Below, one piece after another: positions 1 to 13,076 of a stretch of DNA of 63,913 nucleotides. This stretch comes from Octopus bimaculoides. Lineage: Eukaryota. Below the pieces are notes generated by a model. That model worked only from the letters and a program-made list of their open reading frames with translations. It did not search any database and was not told where the DNA came from. The translations under genes were made by a program, and so were the position numbers. The stretch's first letter is position 1. Every line of letters starts with the position of its first letter. The stretch lies in assembly GCF_001194135.2 (NCBI RefSeq), contig NC_068990.1, forward strand, positions 90,429,292 to 90,493,204, in the 5' to 3' direction.

Positions 1-63
1 ATATATATGTGTGTGTGCGAGTGCGTGTGTCTGTGTGCGTATGTATGTATGTAAATACACGTG

Positions 64-110
<47 letters not shown>

Positions 111-639
111 GTGCACACACACACACAGATATATACATATATGCATATCATAAACTTAAGCGCACGCACACGCACACACACACATACACGTATTATATTT
201 ATTTCACCATCACTTGATGCTATGAATAATGCATGATTTCCAGAATTTCATCATTAACATTTTGTTATCTGTTTCTCAATATTATGTTCTTACTGTTTAT
301 CGCTCCCTGCTTTACTTCCATAAAAAAAATGCCCTCAAATCTTTCTATTCCCCATTTTGTTCAAACACAGGACACATATGTAAATAGTTGTATATCAAAC
401 ATGAAAACAAAATCTGTAAATGTCTCAGGAAGGTAGTAGTGGTTGAGTTGTAAGTATACTGTCTTTATTTCGTAGTTAAATACTTGCTACCTGTGAAGTC
501 GTTTGTTGTGGCTAAGCTTACGCTCGCCTTCATTTTAGCAGCTGTTAAAATGGTGGAGTTCTGTCCATCCGTTTGTTTCTTCGTTTCTTCCTTCAATTCT
601 TTTCCTTTCCTCTATTTCTCTTCATTTTCTTTTTCACAT

Positions 640-1017
640 TCTCATTGCTATCATCACTTTGACCATCACGATCATTATAACCATTATCATCAGGCTCCTC
701 TCTTTCTTCTCCTCATCGCCAACCACACCACATGGTGATGATAATCATGATCGCCATCATAATCGCCATCATCATCATCATAACCATCATCACCACCACT
801 ACCACCACCATCATCATCACCATCAAGCGTCATCACCATCATCACCACCGTTACCATCATCAGTAATTATCATTGTCAAAATTAAAAGACTGCCATTGTC
901 ATCTAGCGAACGATATTTCGACATCTCGTGTATCTTCAACAGGTTCAAAAAATTATTTTGTCGATCTATTTCATTTTGGTTAATATATTATTAATAATAT
1001 TATTATTGTTGTTGTTG

Positions 1018-1081
<64 letters not shown>

Positions 1082-1094
1082 CATTATTATCATT

Positions 1095-1136
<42 letters not shown>

Positions 1137-1596
1137 GCTGATGATGATGATGTTGTTGTTGTTACTGTTGTGATTAAAGTGGTGAGCTGGCAAAACGGTT
1201 AGCAAGCCGTTTAGAATGCCCAGCGCCATTTCTTCCGTCGTCTCTCCGGTCTGATGGTAAATTCCTCCGAAGTCGACTTTGCTTGGCGACGATCCTTGCG
1301 GAATTGATAAAATAAATACCAGTTGACACACTGGAGGTTGATGTAATAGACAAGCTTCGCCCCCCTCCCTCAAAATTCCAGGACTTCCATCTGTAGTAGA
1401 CAGAAATTATCATTATAATCATTATTACAATATGGGGTTCAGGGGAATTGTCCCTTGTGAGGAATCACTGTTTCCCTCGTTAAAATCTGTCGACAAATGT
1501 ATAATGCTGTTGTTGTTGTTGTCGTTGTTGATGCTGATGGTGCTACTGCTGATATGATGGTGGTGGGGGGGATGAGGAGAGGGATAATGATCATAG

Positions 1597-1655
<59 letters not shown>

Positions 1656-1860
1656 CTAATAATGGCAATGATGATGATGATGATGATGATAGTGGTGGTG
1701 GTGATGATGACGACGACGATGATGATGATGATGATGATTATGCTGATAATGTTCAGGTGATAATGACGATGGTGATGATGATGTTGATGGTGATGATGAT
1801 AATCATGTTGATGATGATGATGATGAGAGCCGATATGATAATGATGATGATGACGATGAC
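640..1860. repeat. Compound trinucleotide microsatellite field: (CAT/CAC)n, (TTA)n, (TTG)n, (GAT)n
   Basis: Directly visible. Source of the poly-H/L/N/M/I ORFs in the track. Confidence 0.95.
1176..1385 (+). mobile_element. SINE family A, degenerate copy
   Basis: ggtgagctggcaaaacggttagc head and gataaaataaataccagttg core align with the copies at 10232, 10788, 43866 and 63404. Confidence 0.7.
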
Positions 1861-2136
1861 TACACTGCTGCAATTCTTGCAGCTCTTTTTGCGACATTTT
1901 AGAAATTGTGTACAAACGATTCCACTGCCTCCAGATATGAGCGAAATTAGTCAATATTAGCACGCAGTTAGATTTTCTCTCTGTTCAAACTTTAAACAAT
2001 TTCAAGAAAATAGCCACTACACACACACACACATACACACACATTTACACCCCCCCCCACACACACAGATATATTATTTCGCTTTGATTTCCCCCTCTCT
2101 CTCTCTCTCACACTCAGTTCACGGGTGTGTATGTAC

Positions 2137-2173
<37 letters not shown>

Positions 2174-2667
2174 TGTGTGTGAATGTGTGTGTCTAAAGGT
2201 GTCGCATACGGATATTGATTTTAATATCGTTGTATACAGATTGCACTGTTTCCAGAATATTTAGATATATCACTAGTGGTGTCCATTTTTTTATACAAAT
2301 ACACACAAATATAGTTATATGCACAAGCACACACACCAATGCATATATGTATATATATACATATACATATATGTATACATATATATATGCATATATATAC
2401 ATATATATGTATATATATATATATATATATATNNNNNNNNNNNNNNNNNNNNNNNNNNNNNNNNNNNNNNNNNNNNNNNNNNNNNNNNNNNNNNNNNNNN
2501 NNNNNNNNNNNNNNNNNNNNNNNNNNNNNNNNNNNNNNNNNNNNNNNNNNNNNNNNNNNNNNNNNNNNNNNNNNNNNNNNNNATATTATATATAACATAC
2601 ATACATATATATATATGTATATACGCATATATACAGAGATAAAGAGACAGAGAAAGAGAGTGATTAT

Positions 2668-2698
<31 letters not shown>

Positions 2699-3179
2699 GT
2701 AGATAGATAGATAGAGCTACTGGAATGTATGTGTAATCAATATATTCAGCTGCAAAACTCAAATAGTTGTTCATATTTATACTCTCCCGTTTGAGAGTCC
2801 GCAATCAGTGATTGAGATTTCTAATCAGAACCACTTGATACACAATCTAAACCTGTAGCTTAGTAGCCAGACATTGAGAGCCGTTTGTTTATATAGCAGA
2901 CGTATGTCTCTGTTGGACATCTCACATGCCTTCCGTTTATATCTACGTGAGAATATGAAGCAAGGTTAACAAATATTGTAGTTGTTATCTTTGGAAATAC
3001 TGACAATGCAGCTGAGACGAAGAAATTCTGCTGGAAATGTCACCTTTGCCATTATTGTCTTCAGCTCTATGGCAAATTTCACTAGGTTTTTATTACTGTT
3101 TTTCTTGTAGCTTCTGTTGCTGTTTTACCCTCGATCAGCTTTGACATCGATCTATGAGTAAAAGTGATTTTACAGTTCT

Positions 3180-3335
3180 ATATTTAAGAGATGAGGAATT
3201 ATGTACATTATTCACATTATTTACATTGTTTATATTTGACGGATATTTGTCATCATCTTGTTTATTGTTAACACAGCGTTTGGGCTGATGTACCCTCCAG
3301 CCTTCGTCAGGTGTCTTGAAGCCGGTTACCTTGTT
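3180..3335 (-). mobile_element. Probable Penelope-like element terminus with decayed minimal hammerhead motif
   Basis: Minus strand reads gacac CTGACGA aggctg-gagggtacat-cagcc cAAACgct gtgtt, followed by an aataatgt-type tail. Confidence 0.5.
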
Positions 3336-3369
3336 TCCATAGAAGCAACTGAGGTCACAATATCCCATT

Positions 3370-3510
3370 GAACGAGACACCAGTCCGTCATGGATCTGCT
3401 CACGTGAAATGAAGTGTCTTGTTCAAGAGCACAGGGTGCCGCCCAGTCCGGGAATCCAAACGATCATCTTCCAATTGCGAATGCAACACCGCAGCCTCTG
3501 GGACACGAGG
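3370..3510 (-). mobile_element. tRNA-derived SINE 5' part (related to the 52155 copy)
   Basis: Reverse complement shows a ggattcccggactgg B-box-like stretch then gtgctcttgaacaagacacttcatttcac, matching gtgtccttgagcaaggcattttatttcac at about 52215. Confidence 0.6.
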
Positions 3511-3676
3511 TAGATGCTGGACAAATATTTTGAAACCAAGAGTATACCTGAAGTTAATATAGCAGTTTGTATATGTATTCATAACTGCATTCCTCTGATG
3601 ATGGTGATGATGATGATGATGAAGTTGATGATGATGATGATGATGATGATGACGACGATGATGATGATGATGGCGG

Positions 3677-3707
<31 letters not shown>

Positions 3708-5665
3708 AGCCTCGGAGGTGTTTGTACTGTTTTCTTTTATTTAAATTTCATTATATAACTGTAACTATTGGCCCCATGGCTGTTTGGTCCTTTAATACTG
3801 GTTCCATTTAGTCACATCTAAACTCCTTTCTGTTCAGCCTTTGTCTCTATTGTACGTTTATATATTTCATCATAACAATTCTTCCGTCTTTTTTTTTTCT
3901 TGTGATTCCGAACAATTCGACTAAACCGAGTCCGATTCTGAAATTATTGCCTCTGATAATAATCATACATAGATGGTTGTGTGTTGCACATCCAGCTCTG
4001 CATATTTTGCACATCCAGCTCTGCATATTGCCAAAGCAATAAAATGAGTTGAATCAATTTTCATGGAGTATTTATTCTCTCCCTATTATTGCTAAGATAT
4101 TCTCACGATTGATTATATTAATAATAATGCCATAAATGCTGTCCGCACTGAGACTCACTTTGGATTAAAACGAGAATTGTTTCATTTTATTTTCGACATG
4201 AAATAAACCATTTTCCCAGAGACCTATTGCGGGTCTGTTTAAAACCTTTCTTTCGGTATACATTTTGTAACATGGTCAGAGGAACATAAAATAAAACCTA
4301 TTGAAAAATTCACTAAATACCATTATAACGCATAAAAAATTCGACACTTTTCAAATGTTAGTAAAATCCCGAAAGAACTAGAAAACTCTTTGGTTTACAT
4401 GTTTTGAGCTAACATTTGTGTGTAAGCGTCGAATTCAATGGCATTCTAATCTGATTTGTACGTTTTCTCGCCTTTACTTTCTGGTCTCGTTAAAAATCGA
4501 TCGGCACAGATTATTCTTCAATCGCCACGTTTTAAAAATGCAATTAAGAAGTCTCTTAAATTTGAAACATCTGAGGTCGAGCTTATTCGATCGGAATTGT
4601 ATGCTTAAAGAAGACATTATCACGAAGTGATTTCTTCTATAGGTAACAGCATAAAGATGCCAGTACTTTACATCGTTGAAACCATTAATAAAACTACCTT
4701 CCTAGATGCCCAACAATTGCCATGCTTCAAAGACTTAACTGACGATATCTCCTCTTACAAGATATTAATTACTCTCGGCGCGTGACGGTGCGTTGCATTC
4801 TGGTCATAAAATACTGCTTTCGTGACCGATGGTCAAATGTGTCAGTTAAGACGTCATAGTTTCGTTATTAGAAAGTGTGTTGTGTGTTTCCATTGAATTA
4901 AAGACAATCTTATAAACTTATAAGTAAAAACGAGTTAGAAAGCAAGTACGGCAGGTTAAATTATGCCGCCATATGCCATAATAGTGAAATCGAGAATAAC
5001 AAAATTCCAGGTAAATCCTTAAAATTTTACACTAAATCTAATATGATACTAAAAGGCAATTATGTAAATCTTCAAGTTAGTATATCCTGTATTCTAAAGC
5101 ATCAAACTATCCATTGACTTTTCACTCTAAAATTCTTAAAGGAACAGCTATGCCAATAAGCGATATTTATCGTACGGCGAAATAATTCATGAGATAATTT
5201 CTGATGAACCTCTCGCCTTTCCGAAACAATAAGAACTGTAGTCAAAGTTCAGTCGCCCTTCAATGAATTCAATCACTTGATATCTGATATTAAAGAAACT
5301 GTTAAGTTCAACGTTGACAATCGTATGTCATTTGCCCTGTGAAATATAATGGTCTTCAGACTGCCACGGGGGTTAGTCGTGGTCAAAATAATACGTTTTT
5401 AGCATTCCTTTGTTAGAAGGATTACGATTTTACATTTCTTCTTCAATGCATGCAATAATGGCTTCAAAACAGAACCAACGTATTGTCATTGACTTCACGA
5501 GGAAAGCGGGTGGGGATGAAGGAGGTAGAGACGAAGGAACGATGCAAACACCTCGACATCCTACATGTTGTTTACGCAGATATCACTCTTGGCAAGAGAA
5601 ATTTTTCACAGGTAGTTGAAAACGTTTAGAAAAGAGGATGCTGGTACATAAATGTATACATAAAA

Positions 5666-5719
<54 letters not shown>

Positions 5720-5770
5720 NNNNNNNNNNNNNNNNNNNNNNNNNNNNNNNNNNNNNNNNNNNNNNNNNNN

Positions 5771-5845
<75 letters not shown>

Positions 5846-8120
5846 CACATAAATCATCTACTATGCCTGATTATCAGTCCTCTTGTCTTTATTAAATGGC
5901 TTCCATTAGTATTACATTTTTTTTTCCATTGACGTTTTCTTTTTCGCCAACCAAATCATTCGCCATAATGAAATAAAATAATTCATTTAATCATTTTACA
6001 TTCTCGACGTTCTAAAGTGTTCTACATTTAGTATTATACTTGAGTTAAACATCGAAGCATAGATTCCCAGACTTTAAACAACAAAGAAAATTCCTTTCAT
6101 CGGATAAATCTAATAATTCCATGAGTCGATAAAAACATTTTCATAAAATAACTATTTCAGAGTCTTCTTCGAAATGTTGTTATAACTCACATCAACTCAC
6201 ATCACATTGTTATCAAAATTTGTTGTCTTAATTTTTTTATAGAAATCTTTGGTGTGCATTTAATCTAAGGAAAAATACTACTACGTTTTCTCTATAGAGA
6301 GAAAACCGTATTTTCCTTTATAAAATGAGATTGAGGTGATCTTTTGTAGCGATATCGATCAGCATACATTGCATTTTCGTTCACGAGTTTAAAAATACCG
6401 TTGATATAACGCCAAATTATTATTTGTGTAGAAATATAAATTAACCTTGGCCTAATTCTGAATAAACCATAGGGCATTCGTGACGAATGGAAATTAAATT
6501 AAACATTCTAATTTCCAGATGTTGAATACCGCGGCGAAGAAAAAGGTAATTTTCTACAGAGGAGTTCCATGCAAACTCCTTGAAATTATTTTGCCTTTCA
6601 TTATTAAATGCTGAAATAATTTTGTTGTTCGTAATTCCTTTTCAGTAAAGATTGAACATCACAACTGTACACTACTGTATCTGTAAAACTGAAATTACAT
6701 TTAAATAATGAATTGTTCAGTTTGGAAAGAAAAATCTGATCATGATTGAGAAAAGAAGATTAAAGATATGTACGTAACATACAACGTGATCCAAATGTCA
6801 ATTATATAGCAAGGAAAATATTCAGAAAAAAATCAACGTGGCGCCATCTGAAGGATGATTATTACATCTTTATAAACCGAAATGCAGTCTAAAATATTCT
6901 TTTCTATTGCTGAACAACGGCCGAATGTTTATCTTCAAGGAATCAAGCAAAAATGACGTCATACTTTAACTGCTTCTTCAGAATCAACTCTCAGATCGTA
7001 TTCCAGCGTCAACCTCCTGTTAGAGTGCTGGAGGATACGCTTCTGTTCTATACTACCTAAGCTGTCAAAATATCGTGGTTTATGAGTCCATATATGTATA
7101 TGTGTGTGTATGTGTGTGTGTGTGTGTAGGTGTGTGTGTTTGTATGGGTTTGTGTGTTTGTGCGTATGCATATATACACACCATTTACGTGTGGTATTGA
7201 CTAAGTGGATGAGTGTGAGTTTTTACGTAAGTGTATAAGTGTATATTTATATTCAGTATGTATATGCATATAGATAGATAGAGGGATAGATAGATAGATA
7301 GATAGATTTCGGCACAGGTATACAGATACACATCCTTACATGTAGTCATAGACATCTTGTTTGATAGATAGAATGACTCCATCATTTTGACATCACCGCC
7401 TGGGCCCCGAATAACTTTAGAATCTACTTTCTTGCAAATCCGTAGACCAAAATAACTTCCTCCGTCCTTCCTTTAGTCTCGTCGGGAATGGGGGAGGCAG
7501 GCAATAGCCATGAGTTTGTGCATTTTCCTTCTAAATAAGCCATTATAAACGTCATATCAATAGAAAACAAATAACACTTGAGAATATTTCAGAATGTTGC
7601 GTTGGAATAAGATAAACTGACTCGCTTTACTAGTCCACATTGAGCAGGATTTCGTAGCAAGCCAAGAGAAAAGGATCTTGTTGGATGTTACACAGTACAT
7701 CCATTTACCTTCTGTTTGTTGATTTAGCGTCTCTTTTTACATTTCAGAGAGATAAAGTTCACCTCACGCCTTACATACATCCCACGGAACCTTGACACCT
7801 TCTTATTCACAGCTGTAACACCTCGAGGCAAGATTTGAAAGGTTGTTCAAATTAAAATTTCATTAATCTGACATTAACCATTATTTATGAACCAATCAGG
7901 AAGAAGTAATTAATGAGTGAAAAATCATTATACAACACACACACACACACACACACACACAAATACATGTATGCATATCTGTATGTGTGCATATATAAAA
8001 ACATATATGTATATATACATATATATACATGCATACACACACACATATATACATATATTTATATACATATATGCATATATACATATATATACATATATAT
8101 ATACATATATGCATACGTAT

Positions 8121-8169
<49 letters not shown>

Positions 8170-10231
8170 NNNNNNNNNNNNNNNNNNNNNNNNNNNNNNN
8201 NNNNNNNNNNNNNNNNNNNNNNNNNNNNNNNNNNNNNNNNNNNNNNNNNNNNNNNNNNNNNNNNNNNNNNNNNNNNNNNNNNNNNNNNNNNNNNNNNNNN
8301 NNNNNNNNNNNNNNNNNNNNNNNNNNNNNNNNNNNNNNNNNNNNNNNNNNNNNNNNNNNNNNNNNNNNNNNNNNNNNNNNNNNNNNNNNNNNNNNNNNNN
8401 NNNNNNNNNNNNNNNNNNNNNNNNNTATATATATATATATATATGGTTAAATAACATTCGGGTAAAAACCTTGTAGTATGTTATGCAAAGCTCGTCCACA
8501 GTTATCGGCTACCTGATGTCATCATACAGTAGAAACGCTCTTGCTACTGGATACACATCAGGAATCCCATGATATCTGTAGAGTTTACATAAAAATATAA
8601 ATGATAGAAAATATAATTAACGACATAATTTATTTAAAATCACTACGATTTTGTTTCTCACACTGATTGAAATGAGGAGAGGGTCTAACGAAGGACTTAT
8701 TCAAACAATCACCCGAGGAAGCGCATTTTACTCTTTGGATGGAAGATAATGATTTCGCAGTATCTCACCAGTGTACTAGAAGTGGAAAGAATTTGTGAAA
8801 CTTTTGTAGTGATTCTAAATAATGGTAATTCCATTCTTTGTCATTTGCTCTTCGCTCTTTCGGAATATATTTGCCACAAAGTGTACCAGAAGAATGCGTA
8901 GCCTTCTTTTAAAATTATTTCCTAGACTTATCACCATAAATACCAGCAGTTTACGACCAAATTAGATTTACGAATACGTTACTAGGTGACAGTTTCCTTG
9001 TTCTTAGGGTCGCATCTGCTTGCAGGCTTCCATTTGTATGCCTAATTACGATATAAAATGAATTCTATAGAATCTTGATATAATGACAAGTAAATCAGTT
9101 GATTATTATCACTTGCACTAGTTAAATACGCCAACAGAGGAAAAGGAAGCATCTGTTGTTATCTTGTAATACGTTAATGTAATAGAAAGAAAACCAATTA
9201 ATAGATGCCGTTCACGGGAAAATATTACCAAACTATGCGATTGCACAGTGTTCGGTGAGGAGATATTACTAATGCTATAATGATTCTCTTTCCATTTTGA
9301 TAATATATTTGTAATATTTATAATTACTTTCGATTTATTGAAATGATGATATTCCCGAGATGTGTGAGAAATTAACACTCTTTTCCGAAAGAAATTTAAT
9401 GTTTCTGAAGTCACTAATGGCAGCCCAGACAATGCACTTAATCTTCCGAATTCCGAAATTCTTCGGGTCTTTGGATTTTCTTGGTAGAAGCTGCAGAATT
9501 TTGAACTTTGGAATTTCCTGGTTTGTCGAAATGATTATTCGTTCAGAATAGTTCTGTGGTTTAGGCCTTCAAGGTACACAACATCTTCATAGGAGTTTCT
9601 TCATTGCTCTGCAAGAAATAGGTTACAAACCACCTGCAAATAACAGTCTCTCCTTTCAAACAGGGAAGTACATTTTAGATGCTGTTATCCTAGCTATTCT
9701 GCATCTGAAATCATTCAATGGTAACTTCAAAAACAACGGCTGCTCCAGTTATATCAACCGTAGCAGGTGCGATAAAAGAACAGCAGCAACAGCTGCAGAA
9801 AGAACAACCTGCCAAAACAGTAACCGAACTCCTTTCCATCGTGTTAACAACATGATGAAACAACATTTTCTAGGGACAATCTACAGGAGAATGTTAGGGT
9901 GAGAGCTATCATCTGATTGTTAAGCGGGATTGAATAGTTATTATTATATGTTATACATTAAGATATTTCTAATTCTGTCGTTTCTATATTTCAATAAAGC
10001 CATAAGTCTTTGCCACTGGTAGATTAGCAGCCAGCTTAGAATAATCTCTTTGACTTGATAACTGTGAGATAGCAATGGATCAAAATAAAAGAAGCTGAGT
10101 GATCTCTGGGTTTTCTTCCTCATACTTCTTAGTAGTGAAACCATTAACCTCTTAGCAGTGGAAGTCACTGATTTGTACGTTTGCATACTGCTCTGTTAAC
10201 GCCAATTGTTTTTAATATTCGTGACTCAGAT

Positions 10232-10447
10232 AAGGCTGCGAGCTAATAGAACCGGTAGCACGCCTGTTAAAATGCTTATCAGCATTTCGTACGTCTTTAC
10301 GTTCTGGGGGTTCAAATGCCGCCGGGCTCAACGTTACCTTTTATCCTTTCGGGGTCGATAAAATAAGCACCAGTTGAGTACTGGGGTCGCTGTAAACGAC
10401 TTAACCCCTCCCTTGAAATTGCTGGCCTTGTGCCAAAATTTGAAACG
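10232..10447 (+). mobile_element. SINE family A
   Basis: A-box-like gagctaatagaaccggtagc, B-box ggggttcaaatgcc, core ttttatcctttcggggtcgataaaataagcaccagttgagtactggggtcg, tail ggccttgtgccaaaatttgaaac. Confidence 0.9.
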
Positions 10448-10787
10448 ACTATTAATGATCCAGGTAAACGAATTAACAGAAAGGTGTGAAATTCGACTGG
10501 TGACTGCTGCTGATGCCATCTGCAGTTGCTTTCAGAGTAAGAGGCGGAGAGAAAGCGAGCTTGCTAAGAAATACATGAGAGGGAGAAATTCCCTCAAAGA
10601 GACAGAACCGCTGACAGATCTTTTTTCATTTTTGCGAGTGAGAGGAGACATGAAAAAGTATTTCTAAAAAATTTTTTTTTCTCTTTTGAGTGTTCTTGTA
10701 GCTGCAAGTAGATAAGTTAGAATTACGATGACAAATAAAAAAAGAGGATTTATAAGTTTACTCCTTAGTGTAACTTTATATAATAAT

Positions 10788-10998
10788 CTTTTCTACTCTA
10801 GGCACAAAGCATGAAATTTCGGGGGAGGGGGCCGGTCGATTAGATCGACCCCAGTACGCAACTGGTACTTAATTTCTCGATCCCGAAAGGATTAAATGTA
10901 AAGTCCTCGGCGGAATTTGAACTCAGCACGTAAAGACAGACGGAATACCGCTAAGCATTTCGCCCGGCGAGCTGGCAGAAATGCCAGCTCGCTGCCTT
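10788..10998 (-). mobile_element. SINE family A, near full length
   Basis: Reverse complement gives ...gccgggcgaaatgcttagcggtattccgtctgtctttacgtgctgagttcaaattccgccgagg... with tail tgtgcctagagtagaaaag. Confidence 0.92.
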
Positions 10999-11109
10999 AA
11001 ACAAATGTTAATACTCCAAGAATTATATCCTCGCCAGCTGCCGTTGGTATCGATTCTTAGACTAAAGTGTTTGAAATTGATCTTTTGTGATAAGAAAAAA
11101 AAAACATCT

Positions 11110-11560
11110 ATCTTTTATCTTTTACACTTTTCAGTCATTGATCTGCGGCCCTGCTGTAGCCCTGCCTGAAAGGGTTTTAGTTGAGCAAATCGAAACGCTA
11201 CTTATTTTCAATGCAAGTCTGGTACTTATACTATCGTACACTTTTCCCATCTGCGAAGTAAACAAACCAACACTGGTGATCAAGTGGTGAGGAGTAAGCA
11301 AATACACTCACATACGGACATGTGTGTGTGCGTGCGTGTACGTGTGTGTGCATGTGTGTGTGTGTAAGTACGTGTGTGTGTATGTTTATGCGTGCGTATA
11401 CGACGGGCTTCATAACAGCATCGGTGTATCAGATTCACACTCACAAGGCATTGGTCGTCCTAGGGCTATAATAGAAAACACTTTCGCTGAGTGCCGCACG
11501 TGGGAACTGAACCCGAAACGACGTGGTTGCAAAGTGAGCTTCGTAACTACACATGCCTGT
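11110..11560 (-). mobile_element. SINE family B, older diverged full-length copy with internal (TG)n
   Basis: Colinear with the reverse complement of 11701-12085: tail ttttcagtcattg, gacgggctt, cactcacaaggc, ggaactgaaccc head. Confidence 0.8.
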
Positions 11561-11700
11561 GCCGATATAAATATAATATATTCGTAAAACCTTTCAGATT
11601 TTCCTTTGTCGGAACCATCGTAAAATTAACTCATGATTGGTGTGGAATCAAGGTCAGATCACAACTCTCCCCCCCTCTATTTCGGAAATATATTCATCAT

Positions 11701-12085
11701 CAGGAGTGGCTGTGTAGTAAATAGCTTGCTTATCAATCACGTGGTTCCGGGTTCAGTCCCACTTCGTGGCACCTTGGGCAAGTGTCTTGTACTATAGCCT
11801 CGAGCCGACCAAAGCCTTGGGAGTGGATTTGGTAGACGGAAACTGAAAGAAGCCCGTCGTATATATGTATATATATGTGTGTGTCAATGTTTGTCCCCAA
11901 CATCGCTTGACAAACGATGCTGGTGTGTTTACGTCCCCGTAACTTAGCGGTTCGGCAAAAGTGAACCGATAGAATAAGTACTATACTTACAAAGAATAAG
12001 TCCTTGGGGTCAACTTTCTCGACTAAAGGCGGTGCTCCAGCATGGCTGCAGTCAAATGACTGAAACAAGTAAAAGAGTAAAGAGT
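11701..12085 (+). mobile_element. SINE family B, full length (tRNA head, ccttgggcaagt CORE-like block, internal TA/TG tract, ...gcagtcaaatgactgaaacaagtaaaaga tail)
   Basis: A box tggctgtgtagtaaa, B box cgggttcagtccc. Highly similar to the reverse complement of 62729-63167. Confidence 0.93.
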
Positions 12086-13076
12086 ATATTAACCTACAAG
12101 AGAAAAATTATCTACAATACGAATCTATACTAACAGAGTGTCCGGGTTATTTCATTTCCGACATCGGGTAGCGAAACCGAATCCCATACTGATGTGTGCC
12201 AATGTTCAATTGTATATTTGTTACACACTGTCGAATCGTTTTTATTCATTCTTGTAATCTGTCTAAGTGAGAACCTTACCATCTTTAGTGTGCCAAAGAT
12301 AATAGTTCTTCGCTAAAAGATTACAGAGAATCAATCAATAATTCTTAATTTTGGTTTATAATAAGATTTCCTGGACATTTCAGATGTACTTTAGATTTGG
12401 CGTGGAATCCAACACAAAAACTAGCTGTTTTCTTTTCCTTGGAGATAATGGGCATTATATGACTGTTATACCAGATCAGAGTCGCCTATATGATAGATTG
12501 TCAATTCAAAAGATTTATTTCTTAATAATGAAGAGATTGCAGCTTGTTTTTATTTTCTAATCCTGAGGTTATTTTTGTTACGATGGTAGCCATATATAAT
12601 GTATAACTGACAATATCCCTTGCAGTTAATAATAAATTTCCACAATATTTAGATTTATACTAATGTGTGTGAGTGTGTATGTATGTGTGTGTGCGTGTGT
12701 GTGTGTGTATAAACAGTCTGTCAGTTCTAATATTATAATGTTTTGCGTTGATGTACATTCCTAGTGTAGCATGAGATACATCAATAAGATGCGCTGCTTC
12801 TTTTTCTTCTTTATCCGTGCGACCAGAGATGCAGTATGAGATTGCTTCTTGAACTTGGGTCAGGATTGCTTCTTGAACTTGGGTCAGGATTGCTTTTAGT
12901 TCCGTAGATGAACATTCGCGGCCCCGATTGCATAGTATTCTAATTTTAGGACTGTCCCTTGTCAAAATCTCTGCCACTGAACCCACCCAATGAAGACGAA
13001 CTAAAATAAAATAAAAAACTGAGAAATACAAATATCTTGGAAGCCATAACTCTCAATCCTGGCTTGATGTTCTTTT

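Noticed and set aside
9-2674. Poly-His/Leu/Met/Asn and YIYI/HTHT/VCVC ORFs (and similar ones throughout the window)
   Set aside because: They are translations of tri- and dinucleotide microsatellites with no domain content or splice context.
3984-4029. 23-bp direct duplication ttgcacatccagctctgcatatt
   Set aside because: The duplication is real but is an ordinary two-copy slippage event with no further structure.
6953-6962. Perfect CRE palindrome ATGACGTCAT
   Set aside because: It is isolated, with no nearby gene start or supporting motif; about one such site is expected by chance.
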